A stretch of DNA of 64,000 nt from Octopus vulgaris (Eukaryota), in contig OX597831.1 in assembly GCA_951406725.2 (NCBI GenBank), forward strand, positions 3,410,001-3,474,000, given 5' to 3'. Position 1 is the stretch's first letter; every line of letters begins with the position of its first letter. Positions 1 to 13,764 of the stretch are shown here, piece by piece. The position numbers were made by a program, and so were the translations under genes. The notes under the pieces were generated by a model that did no database searches, was not told the DNA's origin, and saw only the letters and a list, made by a program, of their open reading frames with translations.

Positions 1-241
1 GACATGTGGAAGGTTGTGGCATTTATCTGTTTAAGAATCACTGCCAAAGGTAGCAGCAGTGCTTTTCATCTTGCAGCCTTACTTTCTCTTGTGTAGGGTG
101 TGTATATATTCCATCATGTTTCATTCCATTTAATTTATTTTCAATGTAAACTGTACCACACTTTTAATCACAGCATAACCATGAAATGTCATTTTTGTCA
201 TCCAAATAAAGGAAAATGTAAAAAAATTATTATTGTTATTG

Positions 242-293
<52 letters not shown>

Positions 294-1214
294 TACATAC
301 ATATAAGATGGATGACCACTAAGTGGACATCCATTATGCTAGAAGTAGACTCCCTATGGTCTTACCACTAAGAAAAGCTGTCCAACCCATGCCAGCATGG
401 AAAACAGACATTGAATAATGAATACGATGTCAACAGGCTCATTCAAGGTGCCACACAGTGGGACTGAACCCAGAACCATGCAGGTGGGGTGCAAGCTGCT
501 TACCACACAGCCATGCCTGCACCTGCACACAGCCATGCCTGCACCTGCACTTATTATAAGGAGTTGTATAAAAGAATTTTTAAATGTTTTGTGTATTGTG
601 GATGTATAAGCAATTTATTGCAGATAAACGTTAACAACAAAATCTTATATGAACTCCCAAGGACTCTAAGGACCCCTGTTGAGAAGCATTGCTGTAGAAC
701 AATGCAAGAATAAATTGTGCCTCACAAATCTAACATATAGAACATTTAGTTAAGAGCAAAAGAGCACACACATATAGTATATGAGCTAAACATAACCTGT
801 TGTTGAATAAATGGATATGTCATTAACAACTGATAAAACAGAACAGTGTTTATGTATTACATTCGCCACAAAGCAATAGTTTGAATACACATCAGTAACA
901 GCAGAACAAAACAAGCTTTCTCAAGGACATGAAGCCATAAATGTGCAAATGACACAACAGACTTCAAAAGTTGAATTTAATACACAATACAAAATTTCAT
1001 TGTAAACCTGAAAAGTCATAGAGTTCACGATTTAAACTTTTCTAATGGTTGGGGTATAGACATGGCTGTGTTTGTTAAGAAGCTCCCAGCTTTGGACCCA
1101 TGTGGCTTTTGGGTTCAGTCTCATTGGGCAGCACCTTGGACAAGTGTCTTCTATGATAGCTGACCAAAGCCTTGTGAGTGGATTTGGTTGGTCGAAATTC
1201 CTCGATTAGTAAAT

Positions 1215-1372
1215 AGCAGGAATGGCTGTGTGGTAAGTAGCTTGCTTACCAACCACACGGTTCCAGGTTCAGTCCCACTGCATGGTACCTTGGGCAAGTG
1301 TCTTCTGCTATAACCTCGGGTCGACCAAAGCCTTGTGAGTGGATTTGGTAGATGGAAACTGAAAAAAGCCCG

Positions 1373-1446
<74 letters not shown>

Positions 1447-1665
1447 ATATGTTTGTGTGTCTGTGTTTGTCCCCCCCAACATCACTTGATAACTGATGCT
1501 GGTGTGTTTACATCCCCGTAACTTTGTGGTTCGGCAAAAGAGATCAATAGAATAAGTACTAGGCTTACAAAGAATAAGTCCTGGGGTCGATTTGCTCGAT
1601 TAAAGGTGGTGCTCCAGCATGGCCACAGTCAAATGACTAAAACAAGTAAAAGAGTAAAAGAGTAA
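1215..1665 (+). mobile_element. tRNA-derived SINE, family A (octopus OR2/CORE-like), full length
   Basis: A-box-like tggctgtgtggt, B-box-like ggttcagtcc, CORE-like accttgggcaagtg, internal (TA)n/(TG)n tract, (gtaaaaga)n tail. About 20 full or partial copies occur in the window. Confidence 0.85.
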
Positions 1666-1838
1666 GAATATGCGCAGGCATGGCTGTGTGGTAAGCAGCT
1701 GGCTTCTCAGCCACATGGTTCTGGGTTCAGTCCCACTGTGTGGCACCTCAGGCAAGTGTCTTCTACTTTAGCCTCAGACTGACCAAAGCCTTGTGAGTGG
1801 ATTTGGTACATGGAAATGGGAAGAAGCCCATCGTATAT

Positions 1839-2060
1839 CATCGTCATCATCATCATCATCGTTTAAACGTCCATTTTCCATGCTAGCATGGGTTGGACGG
1901 TTCGACCGGGGTCTGGGAAGCCAGGGTCTGCACCAGGCTCCAGTCTGATCTGGCAGTGTTTCTACAGCTGGATGCCCTTCCTAATGCCAACCACTCCGCG
2001 AGTGTAGTGGGTGCTTTTTACGTGCCACCTGCATGGGTGCCAGGGGGGTCTGGCATCAGC
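1839..2060 (-). mobile_element. RTE LINE 3' end or RTE-tailed short element
   Basis: Matches the 3' UTR of the RTE at 47031-47220: ccatgctagcatgg hairpin, cggacgttaaac, (GAT)n tail. Confidence 0.8.
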
Positions 2061-2230
2061 CGTAGTAAAAAAAAAAAAAAGAAGTAGAATAAACCATCAC
2101 ACAAAATAGAATAATGTATCATTAATTAAATATAGTCTGTTAGAATACACTGAATTTATAGTGAGTGCTTGTTGTATAAAATGTCAAAAATATTAATACT
2201 ATGAAGTATTTAGACATTAATACGAGCGAT

Positions 2231-2802
2231 TATATATACTGTATTTTGAAATAATACCATGAAATTTAATATCAAAAAAATTTCTCACAAAGATATATAT
2301 GTCTAAAATAGTATTGTATTAAAAATATATGTAAATATATGAAACATGACAGTTTAAAAATTTGTTAATTAATGCATCTTCACGAAAGTATTGTCATTAT
2401 AACTTGAAACACATTGATAGACAATACTTTCGCTCGTCAGAGATGGAGAAGATAAAGTTTTTATGATATGTCGAATGTTGTTTTAAAATTAGAAAAATAT
2501 ACGAGAAAATATTTTTGAAAATAGATTAAAATTTACTGGTTTAGATTTATGCAGGTCGGCTTTGGTAATAAAATTTAAAGTTTGTATTTATATCCTTGGT
2601 AAAGTTCATCTCTGTAATAATGGTTTCCATTATAATGACAATACTTTCGTGAAACGATTGTAAGATGCATTAATTAACAAATTTTTAAACTATCATGTTT
2701 CATATATTTATATATATTTTAAATACCTTACTATTTTAGGCATATATATCTTTGTGAAGAAGTTTTTTGATATTGAATTTCATGCTATTATGTCAAAATA
2801 CA

Positions 2803-2810
<8 letters not shown>
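2231..2810. repeat. Inverted repeat with about 170-bp arms (2231-2400 vs 2631-2810), derived from a PLE pseudo-LTR
   Basis: The arms are reverse complements at high identity. Each carries part of a hammerhead motif, and the right arm ends in (TA)n. Confidence 0.8.
2375..2445 (-). ncRNA. Hammerhead ribozyme motif with long stem II and stem III deleted
   Basis: Minus strand: CAUCU-CUGACGA-[GCGAAAGUAUUGUC/GACAAUACUUUCGU]-GA(A)-AGAUG. The missing GAAACGAUUGUA part is present in the inverted copy at 2651-2667. Confidence 0.65.
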
Positions 2811-2849
<39 letters not shown>

Positions 2850-2852
<3 letters not shown>

Positions 2853-3042
2853 AGGGTTTACGAAAAAAACAAAAGACGAAGGTAGGTGGTGTACAAAACA
2901 AACAGATGTATTAGTATAACGCTCAGGAATAGAATAAGTCTTTTATGTTTCGAGCCTACGCTCTTCTACAGAAAGGGACACAGAAAAAACAAGGAGTTAA
3001 AAAAATGTGTGTAGTGGCTAACGATCTATCATGGTGACTGAC
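2850..3042 (-). mobile_element. Short PLE-derived pseudo-LTR fragment with degenerate hammerhead (2940-2975)
   Basis: CUUU-CUGUAGA-A-GAGC(GUAG)GCUC-GAAA-CAUA-AAAG. The downstream part (ttcctgagc...taatac...tttgt) resembles 62947-63036. Inserted in (TA)n. Confidence 0.6.
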
Positions 3043-3069
3043 CAGTTTTAGGCCTAGGCCACTGGACTC

Positions 3070-3117
<48 letters not shown>

Positions 3118-3119
<2 letters not shown>

Positions 3120-4226
3120 GTGTGAGTGTGATGCTATCCTTGATGAGTCCAGTGGCCTAGGCCTAAAACTGCCAGTGCACATGAAGTGCGCAGCCCATAC
3201 CTTCAACTTAATAACCAGTGTGGATACTGACAAAGCTCTTGATAGTGGTTTGTTCAAGTTGGCCTACAGGAAGGCCATATCCAAGGCACAGCAGCTGTGG
3301 AATCTGCAGAGCCACAGCACGGTGGTGGTAGACAGCATTCTGAACACATTGAAGAGGAGGCAGTACAAGATGGAATTCTACCTATGACTCTGTTGTTGTC
3401 CTCAACAACATTCTGGAGAAGAATAGGGAAGCTGTCCACAGGGTGATGACACAGCTGAAGCTGCAGACCTTCACTGATTCTGATGTCAGCTTCCTGACGG
3501 AGTACGCTCAGGTGATGTCTAATGTTGCCAAGGCCTTGGATAAAATCCAGTGGGAAGACCAGGCTTATCTCGGGTGTCTTCTGCCGACTGTAGTGGCTAC
3601 CAGCATGAAGTTGAAGGAGGCCAAGTTCAAACATTTCCTGTGCTGCAGTCCTCTTGTAAAAGCAATACTGGCTGGCATCATGAAAAGGTTTGGGCTCCTC
3701 GTAGAAAACCTGGAGTGCCAGTTGGCTGCTACCTTCTATGCTGAGTTTCACCTGTTCTGGCTGGAGCAGTATAATAACAGCCAGGTTAACAGAGTAACGA
3801 ACACCATGGAGACTGTCGTAGAGACAGCCCTTATAGAGACCAATAAGGGGTAGGGGGCAGCAGCAGCACCAGCAATGAGGATGAGGAAGATGGTTTCTTC
3901 AGCAATATCACTTGTTCTGGGAGAGCAGGAGCCACAGGTCACTGAAATCCAAGGTACAGAACTTGGTGAAGACCTGGCTGGAGGCTGTCTTGAAGGAGGT
4001 CCTGACTGAAGTCACCTTTTTTGGTGAGCAGGTCTTGATCTACCTGTTCACCAAGTATAACACCACCATCCCATCCAATGCAGCAACTGAGCACCTATTC
4101 TCTATAGGCAAAGATATTTTGAGGGTCAAGAGAGCCAGCCTGTCAGATGGTAACTTTGAGAGGTTGATGTTTATGAAGGACAACCAGCATCATGTTGAGG
4201 TGATGGAGAAGGCCCAGCCAGAGTAG
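3118..4226 (+). pseudogene. hAT transposase remnant (frameshifted, 5'-truncated)
   Basis: CAAHTFNL (CxxH) motif and C-terminal hAT dimerization motif IPSNAATEHLFS...RASLSDGNFERLMF, spread across three ORFs. Confidence 0.85.
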
Positions 4227-4274
4227 TATATCTTGATCATCATCTGATCTTGGCATGATACTTATGCTATGCCA

Positions 4275-4892
4275 CAGTGATCCCTTGCTACTTCGTGGTT
4301 CAACTATCGCAGATTCACGACTTTGTGGACTTTTAGAATATATATATGAACATCTAAAATTTTTCATTGAATCCATTAAAATATTAATAATAACGAAGTC
4401 ATGTCGATGAAGTCATGAATCCCTACAAGATGTTCTTTGAACGGAAAAAGACGCAGTGGCAGCAACTTCCTATCACAATGTTTTTGCAGCCTCGCAAAAA
4501 AGAGCCAGTTCCTGCTGCTACTACTATGGCTGCACCTTTGGAAGAAGTGGAAGAGGTGTCCCGGGAAAGGACACCACCATCAGCTTCATCATCATCATTT
4601 CTACTGCGCAGCAAATTCATTACCATCATCATTCAAATTTTACTTCAACTTCTTTCGTGTTGAGTACAGTAACAATCTTTATGTTTTAAAATCTAAAGTG
4701 TTATTGCTTAACAGTTGTCCTTGTTATTAATAGACTACTTTAAATGGGTGGGTTGTTAACAGTACAGGGAGGTGTTTTAAAAGTCCAAATACACGTTAAA
4801 TAAATACTGTAAATATGGTGTCCCTACTTCGCGGAAATTCAGTTATTGCAGCTGGTCTTAAAACCAATCTACCACGATAAACGAGGGATACT
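4275..4892 (+). mobile_element. Non-autonomous pogo/Tigger-like element nested in the hAT 3' region
   Basis: Ends cagtgatccct...agggatact. Encodes the Tigger-type C-terminus YKMFFERKKTQWQQLPITMF. Confidence 0.55.
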
Positions 4893-5268
4893 CTTTTACT
4901 TGTTTCAATCATTTGACTGCGGCCATGCTGGAGCACCACCATTAGTCGAGCAACTCGACCTCGGGACTTATTCTTTATAAGCCCTGTACTTGTTCTATCG
5001 GTCTCTTTTGCTGAACCACTAAGTGACGGGGACATAAACACACCCGTATCGGTTATCAAGCAATGCTAGGGGGGACAAACACATATATATATATACATAT
5101 ACACGACGGGCTTCTTTCAGTTTCCGTCTACCAAATCCACTCACAAGGCTTTGGTCGGCCCGAGGCTATAGTAGAAGACACTTGCCCAAGGTGCCACGCA
5201 GTGGGACTGAACCCTGAACTATGTGGTTGGTAAGCAAGCTACTTACCACACAGCCACTGCTGCGCCTA
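4893..5268 (-). mobile_element. SINE family A
   Basis: Reverse complement of the 1215-1665 consensus. Confidence 0.85.
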
Positions 5269-5424
5269 TATGGATATCTTTTTGATTCATACCAGCATGG
5301 AAAATGGACATTAAACGATGATGAGGAATGATGATTAATACTTTTTGTACAACGAATAAATTGTATGTTACCTGAAAAACTAATATTTAATTTCATTTCT
5401 TCATTTAATTATTTATGTACACCT

Positions 5425-5712
5425 TAATCATCATCTGATCTTGGCATGCTGCACAATTTTGGAAAGCTCTATGTCTAAACTACAACATGAACATTTGATC
5501 TTCTTAGGTCTGTTTTTAGGGATTTTAGAGCCCCCCCCCCAAAAAAAAACCAAACCGAAACTAAATTCATATAATAAAAGTTAGTGGTTATCATCGTTAG
5601 CTTCCACTAATTTTTTTACTTGTTTAGCAATTTAGTGTTTGCGAAGCTAACATTTTTAGTTTGTGGATTAGTGGTTAGTGAAGCTAACTTTTTGATTAGC
5701 CATGCCCACCAC

Positions 5713-5714
<2 letters not shown>
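5425..5714 (+). mobile_element. 3' terminus of the hAT element (subterminal repeats and TIR)
   Basis: Resumes with atcatcatctgatcttggcatg (also present at about 4236). Has gctaac/gttagc subterminal repeats and ends gcccaccactg (TIR CAGTGGTGGGC). Confidence 0.6.
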
Positions 5715-5756
<42 letters not shown>

Positions 5757-5785
5757 CACATATTTACATATACATACATATACAT

Positions 5786-5858
<73 letters not shown>

Positions 5859-6349
5859 CACACATATATATATGTATGTATATATATATGTGTCTGTTTA
5901 TACATACATATGCATATACCCACATATATATATTTATGTATGTGTGTGTGTGTGCATGCATGTGTATTGGTATATTCTGTTGTATTGAAGTGTTTCAATG
6001 AAAATATCCAGGTTTATCCCACAGTGCCGTATCCAGCATCTCCTCCTATTGCTGTCCATATTTGTTATCTTGCAATAAATATTATATTTTCTCTCTGACT
6101 TTTATAGTTTTCAGCTTTTGCTAAATTACCGATAACATGGCGATAACAAGATTTTCTCCAATCTCTGTACAGGAGACTTGTTGTTATTGTTGTTGTTGCT
6201 GCTGCTGCTGTTGTTGTTGTTGTCAATGTAGTTTAGTAGTTGTGTTGTTGATGTTGATGTTGATGTTGATGCTGTTGTTTTTGCTTGTTTGTGTATTTCT
6301 GTGTTGCAAAGAACAGTGTGAGGAAAGCTAGAACTGTTGGCAATGTGTG

Positions 6350-6386
<37 letters not shown>

Positions 6387-6514
6387 ATATTTATGTCTGT
6401 ATGCGATTATCTTCATGTTTGCAGTTTTAAGTTTGTAACTTTGTATGAGTGTATGACTACTTGTGTCTGCATAGCTATGTCAGTGAGAAAGGTAATACGT
6501 CTGCGAATATACGC

Positions 6515-6576
<62 letters not shown>

Positions 6577-6860
6577 ATATATATATACATACATACATAC
6601 ACATAGATAGAAGATGCACACACACATATATATGTATGTACATACATATGTGCATATGTGTATGGATTAGTCTCTACTTGAGTATGCGTAAGTATATGTA
6701 CACATGCAGACTTTTGAGTGTATATGTTTGCATATGTGTGTATGTGTGTGTGTGTGTAAATGCTTGCATGCATGTTCCTTTGTGTGTGTTTGTGTGATAG
6801 GTACATGCTTGTTTCACATCTGTGTATACATGTATATACATACATACATGCATACATACA

Positions 6861-6908
<48 letters not shown>

Positions 6909-6989
6909 TATATATACACACATATATATATATATACACACATACATATATATATATATACACATACATATATATATATTACACACATA

Positions 6990-7025
<36 letters not shown>

Positions 7026-7085
7026 TTTTGTGTATTTGTATGTGTATATGTGTGTGTGTATGTGTGTATGTTTATTACATATGTT
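5715..7085. repeat. Compound (TA)n/(TG)n/(CATA)n/(TTG)n microsatellite field
   Basis: Directly visible in the sequence. Confidence 0.95.
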
Positions 7086-7500
7086 TGTAAAACAAGGAAA
7101 GAAAAAGAGAAACTCAATAGAATTTATGTTCAACAATAATAGTTATCCAAAGCCATTTTTACCAAAATTGCTTTGAGACGATAACGTAATAGGCACACAA
7201 CCTCCTCACCACACTTCCTCCAACATACACAAGCACACACACAGAGATACACTTGCACACACACACACACATACACACGTGCACATACATACATGTAGAA
7301 CTTTGGAAAAAAGATTTCAAAAAAAGTAGCCCGTAAATTCCCCCCCCTCCAACATCAACAACAATTGTGGCAGAAGTAAAAACAATAAAAATTAAAAGAA
7401 TTTCAATCAATATTGATAAAAATTTTGGTTGAGATTTTGCAGTTCTTTGGCAAAAATAGCCTCATACCTTTCTATGATTCATCCTCTCTTTCCCTTACAA

Positions 7501-7536
<36 letters not shown>

Positions 7537-7852
7537 ACCTTCTGCTCTCATCTATCTCTTTTCTCTTTGTTTTTTTTTACTCTCTTTCTTTCTACCTATC
7601 TTTTTTTCTTTCTAATTTTCTCATTCTTTCTCTCACTTTCATTCACTCTCTCTACATATCTTTTATCTTTTATTTTTTACTCGTTTCAGTCATTAGACTG
7701 TGGCCAAGATGGAGCACCACCTTGAGGAATTTATTCTAAACTTGGTGCTTATTCTCCCAAACTCTTTTGCCAAACTGCCCAAAACACACCAGTTCTAGTG
7801 GTGGAGGGATAAACATAGATACAAAGACATGTACATATATATATATATATAT

Positions 7853-8157
7853 GTTGTTGTTGTTCCTTCCTGAGACATGCCTGGCTCATAAGGGCTGGTT
7901 TCCTGGTTTCATTGGTGTATAGGTTCCCCACCTGAGTGGGATGCCAGTCCGTCGCAGGTGAGCTGCAAGATGCAGGAGGAAAGAGTGAGAGAAAGTTGTG
8001 GTGAAAGAGTCAGCAGAAGTTTGCCTTCACTTTCTGCCGGAGCTGTGTGGAGCTTAGGTGTTTCACTCATAAATGCACACATCGCCCGGTCTGAGATTTG
8101 AACTGCGATCCCTCGACCGCGAGTCTGCTGCTCTAACCACTTGGCCATGTGCCTTCA
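7853..8157 (-). mobile_element. tRNA-derived SINE, family C, with V-domain-like core
   Basis: Head ggcacatggccaagtggttagagca...gttcaaatc, internal cctgcgacggactggcatccc, (AAC)n tail. A second, internally deleted copy lies at 44248-44450. Confidence 0.75.
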
Positions 8158-9063
8158 CACACACACACAACTTTGATTGCTCCTATGTCCCCTCCTTTAT
8201 AGAAAGACACCTGTTTCTGCCTCCCTGTCTCTCTAACCTTTCATCATCTGACACAAGATCCCCTCCTCCAGTGTCTTCACCCATCTCAAATTTCCTTGTC
8301 TTGTGAGTTACTTGTGGACCCTGCCAGTGCTGGTGCCACATAAAACCATCCAGTCCACATTTAGCTATAAAAACCATGCCAAAACTGACCTCACCTTTGC
8401 TTGTGCCATGTAAAAAGCACTCAGTTCACTCTGGAGGGTGGTTGGTGTTAGGAAGGGCATCCAGCCATAAAATCCCAGCCAAAACAGACACAGTAACCTG
8501 AGGTAGCCTTCTACTTGGTTGGCTCCTGTCAACTGTCCTACCCATGCATGGAAGACAAATGTTAAATGATGATGATGATGATGATTATCTCCAGCACCAC
8601 ACAGAGAGACTGAACCAGAAACCATATGGTTGGTTGGGAGGCAAACTTCCTAACCACCCAGCCATGCCAGCACCTATTCATTTTTGTATAGGTCTAAGTC
8701 CTTTGGCTACAGGAAATAAAATTGGACAATTGCTGTGCTAATGACAGCTATTGAGCTAGAAACATGTGTCTCTGACTATCCACTTTGCTCCAGGCAATAA
8801 ACCTGTCCTTTTCCTCAATGGCATGTCAGTTTTGGAGAATTTTTCATTCTTAAGATTATTTCCTCTTCTCGAGTGGATCTGGTCTTAATTGTTATTTAGT
8901 AATTATGCCACATCCTTTACAGGCAGAAGTGGATTTTAATAATTGAGATTTTATGGTATTAGATATACCTGTATTTGTCTATGTTATTAAAATATATGCT
9001 ACTGGCCACTTAGTTCTTTCACTTATCTCATTGTGTGTGCATGTGTGTGTGTGTGTGTGTGTG

Positions 9064-9468
9064 TGTAAGAAGCTTGCTTCCCAGCCACATGGTTCCAGGT
9101 TCAGTCCCACTGCGTGGCACCTTGGGCAAGCATCTTCTGCAATAGTCCTGGGCTGACCAAAGCCTTGTAAGTGGATTTGGTAGATGGAAACTGAAAGAAG
9201 TCCATCATATATATGTATATATATATGCATATATATTTATGTGTGTGTGCCTTTGTGTCTGTGTTTGCCTCCCCCACCATCACTTGACAACCGATGTTGG
9301 TATGTTTACATCCCCATGACTTAGCAGTTCAACAAAAGATAACTTTAGAGTAAGCTCTAGGCTTACAAAGAATAAGTCCTGGGATGATTTCCTTGACTAA
9401 AACCGTTTAAGGTGGTACACCAGTATGGCCACAGTCATATGACTGAAACATGTAAAAGAATAAAAGAA
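9064..9468 (+). mobile_element. SINE family A (5'-clipped)
   Basis: Matches the family consensus. Confidence 0.8.
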
Positions 9469-9544
9469 TATATGTGTGTGTGCATGTGTGTATGTATATG
9501 TATGTATACATATATAAATATACACACATATATATATATCTTTT

Positions 9545-10003
<459 letters not shown>

Positions 10004-10033
10004 CATACATACATAAATATATATATATACATC

Positions 10034-11990
10034 AGCGTTTCCCAAACTTTTCATGCCAAATTGCAATATTGCTCACCTATCAGCCAAAAAATGCTCCATT
10101 GCCCATTTATTTAACAAAAACCCTGACTCCCAACATAAAATCCCTTAGGAACCTCCCACTGTATCATTTGACATACACTCACAATATTGTAGACTCATTG
10201 CCTTGTTAGTCCCGTTTGGACTAAATATGCAGTTGTCTACAAATCCCTTATTGTGGGTTTAGTTTTGCCATTAGTGTCAATAAAATTCTAACATTAACTC
10301 TATTTTTTTCAGACAGATTTATTTCTGGGAAATTTCTTTTGCACTGATTTTCATTTTCCCCAAATGAACCATTGCTCAGAACTACTGATGCAAAAATAAT
10401 TAATGATTGTATTATAAAGGAAAAGAATAAAACCGTTTAATGAGAACCATGTGTCTGGTGCGATTCAGCTAGTGCAGATACATTCAGTTTCAAACTTGTC
10501 AACTTTAGCTGCAAATCTCCTAATTGTGTCACATCCAGTCCAATTCTTTTATGGGAAAGTAAAGTTCCAACATGGTTAAAACCCGATTCAACCAGGTATA
10601 AGGTAAGGAAGGCAAGCAAAAGTAATTTCAGATGTTTCCACTGATTGGGGTAGGAATTCAATATACTTTGATGGTACCACAAACCTTCTTTGCCATTATG
10701 GTGATATCACATTGTGGCATCATTGTCGTTTTGTAATTCTATCAATTCCTTCTGAACATCATCTTTGCAATCGACTGCATTGACCTCAAATGGATTGCTA
10801 TATCAATTTGAAATATTCAGCGCAGTAACATCTTGAAATCGCTCCACCATGTTATTGTGCAATGATTGTTAATAGTTACTATATGTACTTAAATCCTCAT
10901 CAACCAATTCATCTTTCAAAGAATCAAGTTGTGGAAATCAATGGAATTTATGTTCTGAAATGTTAGTCTTAAACATCACCAGTTTTGAAATGAAGGTAGT
11001 GATAAATGATTTACAGTCAGTGAGAGTTTTTCTGTTTCCTTGCAATAACTTATTCATATCATTTAATTTTGTGAATATATCACAAAGAAAAGATATATTG
11101 CACATTGCAGCCATCAATGAAGCGGATAGTGGAGTATCTTTAAAAAAAGATATGATTATATGAAACAGTTCAACAAAGCATAAAATATAGTTTCCTTTTG
11201 ACAGCCACCGCACTTCGGTATGGTATAAGAATTTAGTATGGTCCTCTTCATTTCTCAGACAAAGTTGATGGAAAATTTGATCAGACAAGGGACTGAAATT
11301 CAATTTGTTCTCAGTCTTGATAACTAACTGTAGCGCATCATTCAATCTACTGTTCATATTTTTTGAAACTAAATGCTGATTGTCTACAACAGTTGACTCA
11401 TCCACTTGTGTAGAAAGTTCATAAAGCTAGATTAATGAGTTGATGTTTGACATCGTTGGCCATTTAATTGATGCGTCGAGAAATCTTGTTATTACCAAGT
11501 GGGATCTTCTTCATAATGCAATCAGGTTTTTTGTGCATAATGGTTGACAAAACTTCTTTGATAAATGGGCAAAGTAATATTTCTCCAATTGTGTGAGAAT
11601 TCCCAGACTTAGCAACAAGCAATGCAATGTTGTATGATACAATCAACCTGTCATTCTCCTGTTTACTAGTTTCCTGGAGTAGAGTTTTGAATGTTTGTAT
11701 TTTCTTTTTGTAAGAGGAGCTCAGTTGCAAACAGTATGATAATGGCATGTCCTTCTTGTCAGAATGCTTTACATCAAAGTGATTCTTCAAGCGTGAAGGT
11801 TTCATTATCTCATTGGTCAATGTTTGATGGCAAAGAAGGCACATTAGTAGTTGACAGTTCTGAGGAGAGAGAATAAATCCAAACGATAAATAATCATTAC
11901 TGCACTGTTAACAAATTTTCTCAACTGGAGGCATCAGTAAGGTGAAAATGTGAAAACGAATTTCTACAGAAAGGCAGTACGGTATTCCCA
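10034..11990 (-). pseudogene. hAT Charlie/Buster (ZBED5/SCAND3-like) transposon remnant
   Basis: BED finger CLLC...MKPSRLKNHFDVKH, DEST, YHTEVRWLSKG, YLVESGF and C-terminal HQTHGSH. Charlie-type TIR cagcgtttcccaaac at 10034. Confidence 0.85.
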
Positions 11991-12819
11991 AAGAGAAGAA
12001 GAAGTCAACTGAGCAGAATCAGATGAGACATCTTTACAGGAGCAAATACGGATCTAATCTGTTTGGTTGCCAGCATTTCAAAAATTAAAGTTTATTTTAA
12101 AATTTGGCACACTAATGTACCTTTCCAAGCTAAATTGCTGGAGTTATTCAACTCTTTCCAGAAAATGTTTTAAAAAAGTTATAGAGGTTTAAAGTTTGAT
12201 CATTTTCACCCAGTCAAGAAACATGATTCCAAAGCTGTCATTTTGTGTGTGACTGCACATTTTGTTAACACCCTGAAAATAGCACTTGTGTTTTGATATG
12301 AAACCACAGAATTACGCACAACATATAACCTCTTATAACTTTTTTATTTTTCGGAGTTTTCAGAAAATTTTTGTGAATTTGAATTCTATATGCAGCACTT
12401 CATACGATTATGCAAAAAATTGTTGTGGAGTGTGATTTAAGGCTTAAGCCTATTTAACTACTATTTTTAGCACGCATGCAACCATCTTAATGACTGTGAC
12501 AAAAATATTTGATCAATAAACAAGTCCACTTTTGTAATACAAAAGGATGTCTCATGTGAGTAGCCATATTGATAAAAGTGCATCCTTATTTTAGGCATAT
12601 CAAGATATCAGTAAATGCAGACTTCATCATCATCATTGTTTAACGTCCGTTTTCCGCACTAGCACAGGTTGGACGATTTGACCGGGGTCTGGGAAGCCAG
12701 GGGCTGCACCAGGCTCCAGTCTGATTTGGCAGTATTTCTACAGCTGGATGCCCTATTTTTAAAAATTCATTGGCACCCACAAAATGTTCATATCACCCAC
12801 TAAAATCTCAAATCTCTTT

Positions 12820-13188
12820 AGTCTTTTACTTGTTTCAGTCATGTGACTGTGGCCATGCTGGAGCACTGCCTTTACTCAAGCAAATCAACCCCAGGACTTA
12901 TTCTTTGTAAGCCTAGTACTTATTCTATTGGGCTCTTTTGCCGAACCACTAAGTTGTCAAGTGATGTTGGGGGGACAAACACAGACACACAAACACATAC
13001 ACATACATACATGTATATATATACATAAATACAACGGGCTTCTTTCAGTTTCCGTCTACCAAATCCACTCACAAGGCTTTGGTTCAGCCTGGAGGCTATA
13101 GTAGAAGACACTTGCCCAAGGTACCATGCAGTGGGACTGAACCTGGAGCCATGTGGTTCATAAGCAAGCTACTTACCACACAGCCACT
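12820..13188 (-). mobile_element. SINE family A
   Basis: Reverse-complement match to the consensus. Confidence 0.8.
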
Positions 13189-13310
13189 CACCCATTAAAA
13201 TCTCAAATCGCCCACCATTTTCTAGAAATTCGCCCGTCGCCCACCCGTAAGTTGAAGTCAACCACTGGTGGGTAATATCACCCATTTTGGGAAGCTATAA
13301 CATACATATG

Positions 13311-13359
<49 letters not shown>

Positions 13360-13764
13360 ATTCAATTGACTCTCTTATCCTTCTCTCTCTCTCTCTCTCT
13401 CTTTCTTCCCCCCAGTTTCAATTCAATGAAATATTCCACTCAACAGCTTCCATTTCTTCCTGTTTAGTTTCATTTAACCGAATCACCTTTTTTATTGAAA
13501 ATTAATTCAAATAATTACATTTACTTGAGTTGATTTTTTTTTTCTCATAGAAGCAAAGAATTTCGTTTCACCAGGCAAATAATATTGTTAATTTTATTTA
13601 ACATAGACGCAGGCATGGCAGTGTGGTAAGAAGCTTGCTTCCCAACCACGTGGTTCTGGGTTCACTCTCACTGTGTGGTGCCTTGGGCAAATATCTTCTA
13701 CCATAGCCTCAGGCTGATAAAAGCCTTGTGAGTGGATTTGGTGGATAAATACTGAAAGAAGCCA

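Noticed and set aside
5616-7139. Many YI/CV/HT-repeat ORFs
   Set aside because: Dinucleotide repeat translations. The same applies at 26.3, 29.4 and 58.7 kb.
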